Source: a virus. Taken from it: a DNA stretch of 64,000 bases. The position numbers and the translations under genes are program-made. This document shows, piece by piece, positions 55,735 to 64,000 of this stretch; positions within the stretch are counted from its first letter, which is position 1, and each line of letters starts with the position of its first letter. Under the pieces are notes generated by a model, which saw only the letters and a list, made by a program, of their open reading frames with translations, was not told the DNA's origin and made no database searches. The stretch lies in IMG/VR virus record IMGVR_UViG_3300020411_003715, positions 64,001-128,000 of that record. One strand, 5' to 3'.

Positions 55735-57077
55735 GTTTTGACAGGGAACAAGCCTTGCTTCTCATGAGGGAGCTAACGAAGGAAGCCATGTATGGGGGGA
55801 AAGGTGCGCCAGGGGCGCAGCTACCGCCTGTTGCTGAGGGACAAAACACTCCCCCTAACTGGGCGATGAGCATGGACCAGAAGGCCCAAGGCACATCCCA
55901 GAGTAATATGGGCGTGAGGTTAAACTTTAACCGGGCAAGCAAAAGCACTGCGGCGATGCACCGAAACCAGGGCTCTGTTATCCGATCTGCGGAAAGACAG
56001 AAGCCGAAGAAGAACACCGGTGGACTAGTGGGGCGCGCTGATAACATCGTGGCCCAGGAAAAGATATCGGTAGCCTCCGTTTTAAGTAAGCGGGAGGCGA
56101 AGGCTAGACTTGTTGAGCTTCTTCGCTCATCGGATAGCACCAAAGAGGCCTGGATCAGGAAAGAGGCCGCAGGCGGCCTTATTCTTCGAGGCCTCCAAGC
56201 AGCGAAAAACTTCGGCTCTAGGCTTTTTAGCGGGGCCGCTCGGACAGCCACTAAGCCTAAGCCTAAGCAGCTATCGTTTGACTTCGGTGGGGCCGCGTCA
56301 AGAACCAGACCCAGTGGGCCATACGCAAACCTGCCGTCCGCATCCCATGTCACATCCACAGGCCGGGGAACATCTCAGGCGGCAGGAATGGGGTCCCGAC
56401 TCAGAGAAGGGGCCTCTAAGACAAAGCATTACCTGTCGCACAAGGGCTCAGGGTTTAAGAACGTCTACAAGCGAAAAGGCAGTGATGAGTTATTCACCTC
56501 CTATAGACCCACAATGCTTCGACCGAAGAACTGGGAAGTGGTCCGAAAAGCACACCAGACCGGTGGCGCTGTACAGAGGGCGGTTAAGGGTATTGCTGGT
56601 GGCGCGGTTAAGGGCGGTCTCGGGGCATACGGCCTCTCATGGGCGCTAAACCGGGACGCTGCCTGGGATGATCCTAAACGACTCAATATGGCCCTTGGCG
56701 GGGCCGTGCTTTGGCCATCAATGTTTAGTGGCGGGCCAGCAGCCCTTGCCATGATGGGCGGCATGGCAGGGTCCGAAAAACTGAGGGGTGCCGCCGGAGG
56801 CTTTACGCCTGCTGTCGGAGCCTTGTGGAACTCCAGGAACTGGAAAGATGGGGCCCCGTCAAAAACGCAGTCAACAATGGCAAATCTTACGGAAGCAACC
56901 ACAAGGTATGATCCTAAAGAAACCAAGAAAGAGATTGACATGCTGAACCGAAGAGCTGCCGAAGCTGAGAAAAAATGGCTGGCCGAACAGGGCAGAAAAA
57001 AACGCGGGGAGACCAGCGGGGACCGAGCGGCAGCACAGACTCAAGCGAAGCAGGATAAACTCCTGCAGAAGAACTAG
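55731..57077 (+). CDS. KxA-motif protein with Gly-zipper helices
   Basis: TKEA, TKEA, RKEA followed by AGGLILRGLQAAKNFG. Confidence 0.8.
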   Translation: MSFDREQALLLMRELTKEAMYGGKGAPGAQLPPVAEGQNTPPNWAMSMDQKAQGTSQSNMGVRLNFNRASKSTAAMHRNQGSVIRSAERQKPKKNTGGLVGRADNIVAQEKISVASVLSKREAKARLVELLRSSDSTKEAWIRKEAAGGLILRGLQAAKNFGSRLFSGAARTATKPKPKQLSFDFGGAASRTRPSGPYANLPSASHVTSTGRGTSQAAGMGSRLREGASKTKHYLSHKGSGFKNVYKRKGSDELFTSYRPTMLRPKNWEVVRKAHQTGGAVQRAVKGIAGGAVKGGLGAYGLSWALNRDAAWDDPKRLNMALGGAVLWPSMFSGGPAALAMMGGMAGSEKLRGAAGGFTPAVGALWNSRNWKDGAPSKTQSTMANLTEATTRYDPKETKKEIDMLNRRAAEAEKKWLAEQGRKKRGETSGDRAAAQTQAKQDKLLQKN

Positions 57078-57080
57078 AGG

Positions 57081-57914
57081 GTGTCTATTATGATTTATAA
57101 CAACGACGAACAAATAAGCAGGCTTCACAGAGCGCTTCACAAGGTCGCCGCCAGGAAGCATGGAGAAACACAAGGCGTTGCTCTTGAGAAAGTTGCTCAG
57201 GCTGCCTTTTGTGATGAGCTATCGAACATAGACCCCGATTTTGAAAAAGTAGCGTTTGGTTGGTTAGACGTCGCCCTAACTGCTGCAATGTTTGTACCCG
57301 GGCTCAACGTAGTTGCAGGTCTGGCCAGAGGCGCAGCCGTAGCCTATCGCGGGATCCAAGCTGCAAGAGCGGTTAATACGGCAGTCAAGGGCTTGAGCGC
57401 TGCGAGTAAGGTGAGAAACTACGCCCGAGGCTTGCGCGGAGTAACTCACGTAGGGAAGGGCCTCAAAGGAACTAGCCAGACCGCCCAGAAGTTCCGAGCG
57501 ATGGCAAACCCAGCAAAACCACGACAGATGAATCTGTTCGGTCAGCAAGGGACGCAGGCGGCAACAAGGGGAACTGCCTCTAACGCACAAAGAGAGCTTG
57601 GTAAGCAACTTGGCACTCTCCAAAGGAAAACCCAGCGAGGGAATAGGTTCACGAGAATGCTTGGTCAGAACCAATCCAATATTCGCGCAAGCCAAGCACA
57701 GCAAGGGTTTAAGCACAGCATTAAGAGATCGCTCAAGGGACAGGCAAGCGTGCCCGGTTCGGCAGCGGCTTTTGGTGCGAATGCTTATTTTGGTGGCTGG
57801 GATGCAACTAAGCGCCTGATGGACGGAACGAGCGGCAAGACCATGGGTCAGGGCGGCCCCGGGTACGGTGCGAAAGGGCTTTCCACCATGAAAAACCTCA
57901 ACCGGGCGGGGTAA
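57081..57914 (+). CDS. KxA-motif protein
   Basis: HKVA, EKVA, EKVA followed by hydrophobic FGWLDVALTAAMFVPG. Confidence 0.8.
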   Translation: MSIMIYNNDEQISRLHRALHKVAARKHGETQGVALEKVAQAAFCDELSNIDPDFEKVAFGWLDVALTAAMFVPGLNVVAGLARGAAVAYRGIQAARAVNTAVKGLSAASKVRNYARGLRGVTHVGKGLKGTSQTAQKFRAMANPAKPRQMNLFGQQGTQAATRGTASNAQRELGKQLGTLQRKTQRGNRFTRMLGQNQSNIRASQAQQGFKHSIKRSLKGQASVPGSAAAFGANAYFGGWDATKRLMDGTSGKTMGQGGPGYGAKGLSTMKNLNRAG

Positions 57915-57918
57915 AGAA

Positions 57919-58884
57919 ATGGCAGAGGTATACGTGAAATGCAGGACAGCACTTCTTCCGGCTGGGGATCCGGTTGGGGACGTATACGTATCTCTTCACC
58001 ATCTGAATGACTATGCCCCCTTAGCAAGCGGCACTACGGACGCAGAAGGGTCTGTGTTTCTTGGGGACCGAGCGCCGGGACCATATGAAATACATATAAC
58101 CACTAATTTGCGAACCAGGATTGTCGATGGCGGATTACAAAAGATCACAGTCGTCAATGAAGACCTGAACGCAGATGGCAACAATGACCCTAATATATTC
58201 GACGTACTAATAGACACTACGGAACTACCCCAGGCAACAGATGCCGCGTTCTGTCGGTGTTCGGGAAACTTCCTAGATGCATATGGAAAAGCTGTTGACG
58301 AGCTAACCATCAGGTTTTCAGAGGGTCCCGAAGAGTTACCAAACCTAGTTTACTACCAGAACCAAAACACGGCACATGCAGTCATTCCCAGCCAAAGGGT
58401 TATCCGGACGGATGAGAATGGGTTTGCGTCAATAGATCTAATGCGGGGAGAGCAGTACACTGTGTACATGGAGGGGTATGAGAATATATCCAGAACAATA
58501 ATTGTCCCTGATGCGGCCTCAGCACCGCTACCGGACGTTATTTTTCAGTACCCAGAATCAATTGAGTACAAACGCGATGGCGTTTTATTAAATCTTAATA
58601 CCCCAACAATCACACTTAATATCGGCCAAGAAGCCACCCTTGAGCTTGCAACAATCTTTAGAAGCGGGCTTCGGTTGGACGGTATTGTAGACATAAAGTT
58701 GTCTATTCCAGAACAAGACATTATTAGTGGTAGCCAAGCAGATAACTCTTTAGTTATAACTGCTTTGTCCCAAGGAAGTGTAACGTTAGAGGTCACCCGT
58801 GTTAAACCCGAGTCAGGAAGTGGAATCAAAGCACTACCAGACCCGGAGATGCGGGGTGCCCTCAGTGTCACTGTTAATCCCTGA
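57919..58884 (+). CDS. Beta-sandwich virion structural protein (paralog of 54460..55734)
   Basis: GTTDAEGSVFLG; TDENGFASIDLMRG...RTIIVPD; C-terminal Ig-like segment. Confidence 0.7.
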   Translation: MAEVYVKCRTALLPAGDPVGDVYVSLHHLNDYAPLASGTTDAEGSVFLGDRAPGPYEIHITTNLRTRIVDGGLQKITVVNEDLNADGNNDPNIFDVLIDTTELPQATDAAFCRCSGNFLDAYGKAVDELTIRFSEGPEELPNLVYYQNQNTAHAVIPSQRVIRTDENGFASIDLMRGEQYTVYMEGYENISRTIIVPDAASAPLPDVIFQYPESIEYKRDGVLLNLNTPTITLNIGQEATLELATIFRSGLRLDGIVDIKLSIPEQDIISGSQADNSLVITALSQGSVTLEVTRVKPESGSGIKALPDPEMRGALSVTVNP

Positions 58885-59197
58885 TATTGAGGAGGCTGTT
58901 GGAAGAGGCAGCGGACGCCCGGTCCCTTGGTTTGTCAGGATGTGGGCTGCGGTTGTGCGTCGCGCAGCGGTAGACTGGGTTCTTTACCGAGAGCATAAAA
59001 CAACTAAGCTCCGTAAAATAGGCGGCGACGCGGATCTCTGGATCTTTAGGGATGATGACCAAAAAAGGCTAAGCTCATTCTCCTCAGTATGCGATATTCT
59101 TGGTCTAGAGGCTGATCTTGTGAGGCAGAAGATCTCAGAGCTAAGCGAAGAGGACGCAAGACGACTACGAGGGATGGAGTTTGGCGATGACTGGTAA
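58799..59197 (+). CDS. Conserved hypothetical phage protein
   Basis: WAAVVRRAAVDW...WIF...SFSSVCDILGLEADLVR; true start uncertain. Confidence 0.7.
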   Translation: MLNPSQEVESKHYQTRRCGVPSVSLLIPDIEEAVGRGSGRPVPWFVRMWAAVVRRAAVDWVLYREHKTTKLRKIGGDADLWIFRDDDQKRLSSFSSVCDILGLEADLVRQKISELSEEDARRLRGMEFGDDW

Positions 59198-62129
59198 GAT
59201 ACCCGCGAGCGAAGTAGATGACAGCATTAACGTTCTCGGCCCAACGTCCCCCGCCATAAACAGGGGGGTCGTTCAGTCCGCAGACAGGATCGTCGACAAC
59301 ATAAAAGACTTTGTCTACAGGGCGCTAAACTCTGATGTAGACTCTGTATATGCGCTTATGTTCTTCCTTCGAAATAAGGAGATCCTAGCCTGTACGGAGG
59401 CACTGGGCGCAATTGTAGATGCGCTTGAGTATGCGCCTTTTTCTCAAGGCCAAGAGACCGAGCTTTCTACAGAAAGCATAGAAGAGATAGAGGACATCCT
59501 GCTAGATATGGCCTCTGCAGGTGACACCGGGCTTAAGCACCTCACTGAAAGACTTGAGGGGGCGGTAGCTAACCTGTCTAGGAGTGCCAGAACCTCTACG
59601 GGGGCTAGACTCTCTGGGGTTAGCCGGGACACCGCAAAAGCAACAACACAATCGCTGTGCAGGGAGCTTTCCTTCTTCCTGAAAGACATCCTGAGAAACG
59701 CAGAGTATTTCAGGGATACTATCGAATCCTATATGGGTGCAGACCTTGAGGCTGCGGGGAAGTACAGCCAAGCAGCCACGGCGGCGACTGTTATGGGAGC
59801 GCACGCCGAAGATGCGTTCAGGGACCCAAACAAAGCCGTCATCGATGCCGTCGTTGCACTATCTCTAGTGAAACAAGCTCTTGAGCCTAAGCGAGACATT
59901 CGCCTCCCAAAATTTGACGGGGACGTGTTAAACCTTCCCGGGGAGCGGGGGGAGCTTCTTAGTGGAACACTTCCGTTTATCGTTCAGCCCGAGTCTGAGT
60001 CAGTAACGTTCGATCTGGACGGGTCCACCGAAAAGAGCGCCTCCCTGACAGCTCCACAATCCCTCAGCCCTGTAGATACGGTCACCATAAGCGATTTTGA
60101 CATCGTAAGGACTTCGTCTGGATTAATGTGCACCATGAGCGCTGAGGGCTTTGAGTCATATGTGGTTGACCAAGGTAACCCATACTCACACCCAGATAAC
60201 GATACGTCGCCAGCATTTAAGGACGTTGTAGTCCCTTACTCTGTAAAAATACAAGGAACATGGCTCACAGACCCAAACGACCCAAGCACGCAGGCCGCAT
60301 ATACGATAGTCGATGTCCCCAATGACCCAGATGATTTATCCCAAGGAGGGCTACTAAAAACTATCTCTTTCGACCAGTTAAATCTCACAACTGTCGGCCA
60401 GATAGATTACCTGAACGGTTATTACGCAGTCAGGATAGAGAACCACACGGGCTTCTACCTATTTGGCGGCGCATACGTTACTTATGACTATTACGTTCTT
60501 GGCGACCTGATGTACAGGCACACTTCGGATAGTAAGTTCTGGGGCGTCAACAATGAGGTCGTACCCATGGATGGGCTATCCCTGGTGGCGCACAACAGTA
60601 TTATTTCTTGGAACCCGAGCCTTGAGAACTCTGGCAAGGTTATCACCTGCGCTGGAGGCAAGAACGTTTCGGCAGGGAGCGCGTGGAAGACCTCCTTGGC
60701 GTCAGTATTGGCAGGCTCTAGTTTGACCTCTGAGGGGACCGGGGTGGTAATCGAGGAGGGTGACTCGGAGACGAATAGTTTCTCTGTATCACTTTCTCAC
60801 CGAGGCTCCGCCGTGCGACTACATTATCCACACATGAGCACCTCCCCTAGTGATCTGTTTCATCCAGGAGCTATGGCTCCCAAGTTCAAAACCAAGCCCA
60901 GCATAAACATTCTTCTTGGGCTCGTCAGGGATCTTCGGATGGAGAGGTTTGGGGATGATACCCCCTACGAAGATATCTCTAGAGACGGCATGGCCGAAGG
61001 CGAGTACGCCGAGGACACAGCCATTAACGGAGAAACAGTTAACATTGGGCAGGTCGACACACTGTCTGAAACGGTTGTTACCGGAGGGGTAGATGCGGTG
61101 ACAACAGCCATGTTGATCGCCATACCATCAGAAGATGCTGTATCACCGGGAGATAACCTCTACGACAAAAAGACGGGAAGCAACAGTAAGGTCGTTGGTA
61201 GGTTAGAGCATGGCGGGGTTGTCTACACCAAGGCTGAACCGTCATTTGCAAGACCTGTCACTGAAGACGGGGTGGCAATACAAGCTCCAGCAGACATCGT
61301 GATGACGAGACGGAGAGTGCGTGTTGAGTCTAGGTCTAACGCTGCATCTAGCAGCGTGGCTGTCTCGGGAGGATCAGGGGACAGGCTCGGATTTAGCGGA
61401 GAAGGGAAGGGAATCAGCACAACTGTAGCACTTGGCGCTACGCTGGACCTTGTTAATCCGAGCACCGATCCCGGGTACAACGTCAAGCCTAACGATCCTG
61501 TTCTAGAGGTCTTTGATAACGGGGTAACCAGAACAATCGGGAGAGTTGAAGGGGTCACGGGAAACCGTATTACTATAGTAATAACGCCAGGGGTGACATT
61601 TGAATACCCACTCAGGCATCTTCAGATAGTTCCGCTTGGATGGCTCTCAAGGAAAGATATTGGCGGGGATTTATCTTCAGCAATAACCCTTCTTGAAAAC
61701 ATTGATACAGAAAAGCTTGTTGAGCTTTCAGTGGTCTACACCGAGTCTGGTGCTGCCCAGGGACAGTTTTTCGGGGAGCTTTCTTCTTCTATTGATGCAT
61801 TGAGCCTTCTAAGAAATACCTATCTTAAATATGAAGCCCACGTAGTTAACACTGTTAATAAGCTGGTAGATTATCTGAAGCAGGAAAAACTTACGTATGT
61901 CCAAGAGTTGGTGATGACCGGTAGATTTAATGAAATCTCGCAACTTACCCCAGATAAACTATCCTCTAAGGGGGATGTTGAGAGTATGCTTGACGCCGCA
62001 TACTCTCTTCTTGGGGGTGGTGCCGAAGAGACGGTCATAACTCGTGGGTTTGACCCGCTGTCTGATTTTGCGAGCAGGGGTGAAAATGAAAACTCTTTCA
62101 TAGAAGAGTTGGCCACTATAGAGGAGTAG
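59181..62129 (+). CDS. Large structural protein (baseplate region)
   Basis: 982 aa; helical termini and beta-rich core; context only. Confidence 0.6.
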   Translation: MAMTGKIPASEVDDSINVLGPTSPAINRGVVQSADRIVDNIKDFVYRALNSDVDSVYALMFFLRNKEILACTEALGAIVDALEYAPFSQGQETELSTESIEEIEDILLDMASAGDTGLKHLTERLEGAVANLSRSARTSTGARLSGVSRDTAKATTQSLCRELSFFLKDILRNAEYFRDTIESYMGADLEAAGKYSQAATAATVMGAHAEDAFRDPNKAVIDAVVALSLVKQALEPKRDIRLPKFDGDVLNLPGERGELLSGTLPFIVQPESESVTFDLDGSTEKSASLTAPQSLSPVDTVTISDFDIVRTSSGLMCTMSAEGFESYVVDQGNPYSHPDNDTSPAFKDVVVPYSVKIQGTWLTDPNDPSTQAAYTIVDVPNDPDDLSQGGLLKTISFDQLNLTTVGQIDYLNGYYAVRIENHTGFYLFGGAYVTYDYYVLGDLMYRHTSDSKFWGVNNEVVPMDGLSLVAHNSIISWNPSLENSGKVITCAGGKNVSAGSAWKTSLASVLAGSSLTSEGTGVVIEEGDSETNSFSVSLSHRGSAVRLHYPHMSTSPSDLFHPGAMAPKFKTKPSINILLGLVRDLRMERFGDDTPYEDISRDGMAEGEYAEDTAINGETVNIGQVDTLSETVVTGGVDAVTTAMLIAIPSEDAVSPGDNLYDKKTGSNSKVVGRLEHGGVVYTKAEPSFARPVTEDGVAIQAPADIVMTRRRVRVESRSNAASSSVAVSGGSGDRLGFSGEGKGISTTVALGATLDLVNPSTDPGYNVKPNDPVLEVFDNGVTRTIGRVEGVTGNRITIVITPGVTFEYPLRHLQIVPLGWLSRKDIGGDLSSAITLLENIDTEKLVELSVVYTESGAAQGQFFGELSSSIDALSLLRNTYLKYEAHVVNTVNKLVDYLKQEKLTYVQELVMTGRFNEISQLTPDKLSSKGDVESMLDAAYSLLGGGAEETVITRGFDPLSDFASRGENENSFIEELATIEE

Positions 62130-62139
62130 GGGACCACGT

Positions 62140-62625
62140 ATGTCATTGACGGATGAAAATAAGCCTGGGGAGGTTGAAGAGGCAGACAGCAAGGGGTATT
62201 CCAACGAAACCAAAGATGTAACCCTGGCCGGAAACGTCAAGGACTACAAGGCGCAGATGAAAACCGCCGCCATTCTTGAGGAAGCCCTTGTCATGCTCCG
62301 ATCTTCCGCTAGAACCAACGATTACTTCGTTGGTTACTCTTTGACAGAGGTAATGGAGGAGCGTATCCGCGTGATAGGCGGTAAAACTGGCTTAAACGGG
62401 TCGGCTGACGACGACAAAGTCGTAGATCAATTTATACCCGGAAGTACCCAAAACCCTAAAGCTAGGACTAAAATAGCTAGAGTAAACTACCTTTGGCACC
62501 TACTCCTTGGTGAGGACGAGGGAAAGACAAAAGAAAAGGGCGGGGCTATCGGCATGGCGATAAACATGAAAGAGGTGAAAGACCTCACTTGGCCAGATGG
62601 TGAGGACGAGGGCACAGGGATATAA
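62140..62625 (+). CDS. Hypothetical protein
   Basis: 161 aa; GGGG RBS. Confidence 0.7.
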   Translation: MSLTDENKPGEVEEADSKGYSNETKDVTLAGNVKDYKAQMKTAAILEEALVMLRSSARTNDYFVGYSLTEVMEERIRVIGGKTGLNGSADDDKVVDQFIPGSTQNPKARTKIARVNYLWHLLLGEDEGKTKEKGGAIGMAINMKEVKDLTWPDGEDEGTGI

Positions 62626-63644
62626 TGATCGATCTTCAAACCATATACATCCGAAATGTCGCGGAGCTTGATGACATTAACATCGCTTCGATGATTAGGA
62701 TTGAGAATATTGACGTTAGTGCGGTGACCGATGTTTTGATTAACGGCGCAAGCGCCAAGTTCTTTCCGTTTGGTTTAGATGTGCTGATGGTCGCTCTGCC
62801 CGCTTCTTTTGCGCATTACCAACAGCTCGTAGCGAACGAGGCCCTGGGCACTTCGGTCTCTGAATCCGTAAACGACATTAAGGTTGTGCGGAGATACGAA
62901 GGGGTGGATGGGGCTGAGTACACAAACACAGAAATAGTTTCCTGGGAAGACAACGCACTAGACATTCACGCACCCTATGGGTCTAAGCGCGTAACCCTGG
63001 ACAGCGGGGTCCTGAGACTATCCGGCAGAAACTTTGATAAGGTTGTCCGTGTAATTGTGAACGGGAAGGACCAGCAGTTCCTGATTGAGTCTGGTAGTTC
63101 GGTTTTAACCTCGATCCCCCCAAACGATTTACAGATAGAGTCTGTAGAGGTTATTACTACATCCGAAAAGGTTGGTCGCGAAACGTTCTTCGACTACTTG
63201 CTGGGCGGTGATGTAAACGTGGTTTCTGGGTTGTTTAAGATGGTGCAGCAGTTCGTCAAAGTTCTAATGACAACGCCGGGGACAGACTCCTTCAACAAGT
63301 CATTAGGCGGTAATATGCAGAACTGGGTTGGTCAGACGATTAACCTGGACAACCCGCAGGCCCTTGTGGCCAAAACTATAATTAATGTCGTACAAGTTGC
63401 GACACAGATCCAGATCCAGCAGATTGAAGCGAACGTTCCGGTTGATGAGAGATTAAGCGATGTTCAGGTTCTGGATGCAAGATTAGACCCGATGGACCCC
63501 TCGATTATGCAGATGTCTCTAAAACTAAATACGTTCGCGGGAAAACAGGCGTTTTTTCAGATGCTTGTGGGTCAGGCGAAAGATCAGATTGATGCGGCTG
63601 CTGCTTCGGTAAATCCAAACAGCGCAACCCCTTCGACGAGTTAG
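62625..63644 (+). CDS. Baseplate wedge protein with Ig-like N-terminus and gp25-like C-terminus
   Basis: VSGLFKMVQQFVKVLMTTPGTD...GG...DERLSDVQV. Confidence 0.65.
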   Translation: MIDLQTIYIRNVAELDDINIASMIRIENIDVSAVTDVLINGASAKFFPFGLDVLMVALPASFAHYQQLVANEALGTSVSESVNDIKVVRRYEGVDGAEYTNTEIVSWEDNALDIHAPYGSKRVTLDSGVLRLSGRNFDKVVRVIVNGKDQQFLIESGSSVLTSIPPNDLQIESVEVITTSEKVGRETFFDYLLGGDVNVVSGLFKMVQQFVKVLMTTPGTDSFNKSLGGNMQNWVGQTINLDNPQALVAKTIINVVQVATQIQIQQIEANVPVDERLSDVQVLDARLDPMDPSIMQMSLKLNTFAGKQAFFQMLVGQAKDQIDAAAASVNPNSATPSTS

Positions 63645-63656
63645 GTGTAGGTTATT

Positions 63657-64000
63657 ATGGCAGATTCATCTCTTAAAAGGTTTATGATAGAGCGGATGCT
63701 CGACCTTGACCCCACGCTGAGTGAGGACGAGGGGTCTATTATGTACACGAAGGTCATCGACCCGCTTATAGCTAGGCTGGGTGTTGATCCTGTATCTGTA
63801 GACGTAGAGACCTTCATAATGACGAGGCTCGCCAATGACTTTCCTGAGCTTGATGTAAACTCTCCCGGGTCTGTACTACGCGATGTCTTGGTATCCCCCC
63901 TCGTGCTTCTCCTTGAGCCTCTGCGAAGGGAGATCTTTTTCCTAAAGACACAGAACTCCTTAGCAGCAGGGTCGTCTCTAACCGAAGACGAGATGGACGC
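63657..64000 (+). CDS. Baseplate J-like protein, partial (runs off the window)
   Basis: Open from ATG 63657 to the end: ...PGSVLRDVLVSPLVLLLEPLRREI...LTEDEMD; follows the gp25-like gene. Confidence 0.6.
   Translation, partial: MADSSLKRFMIERMLDLDPTLSEDEGSIMYTKVIDPLIARLGVDPVSVDVETFIMTRLANDFPELDVNSPGSVLRDVLVSPLVLLLEPLRREIFFLKTQNSLAAGSSLTEDEMD

Noticed and set aside
1-64000. tRNA or rRNA genes
   Set aside because: No GTTCRANTC T-arm with a matching acceptor stem, and no rRNA-like tract, seen by eye; tRNAscan-SE and barrnap would confirm.
1-64000. Stop-codon reassignment (common in some large phages)
   Set aside because: ORFs over 1000 aa are intact in code 11, and TAG, TGA and TAA each end genes that are followed by sensible starts.

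Overview
This window looks like a 64-kb slice of a large (probably jumbo) contractile-tailed dsDNA phage genome in the standard genetic code. I saw no rRNA, tRNA, CRISPR array or transposase. Bases 1-27 kb are an accessory region. It has many small minus-strand genes, and eight of them are preceded by a shared promoter-like motif, G(C/T)A(A/G)-N18/19-(T/G/C)ATAAG. It also encodes an HNH-fusion nuclease, an HD hydrolase, an amidase endolysin, a tail-assembly-chaperone-like gene with a -1 slippery site, a Cys-repeat/vWA lipoprotein of myxobacterial type, a short CCA-adding-type nucleotidyltransferase, and a Ro60/TROVE protein preceded by a tandem array of Y-RNA-like hairpins. Bases 27-64 kb are an almost continuous plus-strand virion module: tape-measure-like protein, permuted papain amidase, CHAP lysin, LamG and Fn3/cadherin-like fibre proteins, baseplate hub, gp25-like and J-like proteins, and a group-3-like sigma factor. 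The two strongest candidates for an undescribed system are (1) a leader-cargo family, with ten copies of MNALEKYAAKRKL...KxA fused to unrelated cationic, amphipathic, Gly-zipper or beta-signal cargos, inferred to be a capsid-targeting and maturation signal, and (2) an array of three (possibly four) covarying Y-RNA-like RNAs directly upstream of phage Ro60. All family assignments come from motif recognition by eye; no database search was run.
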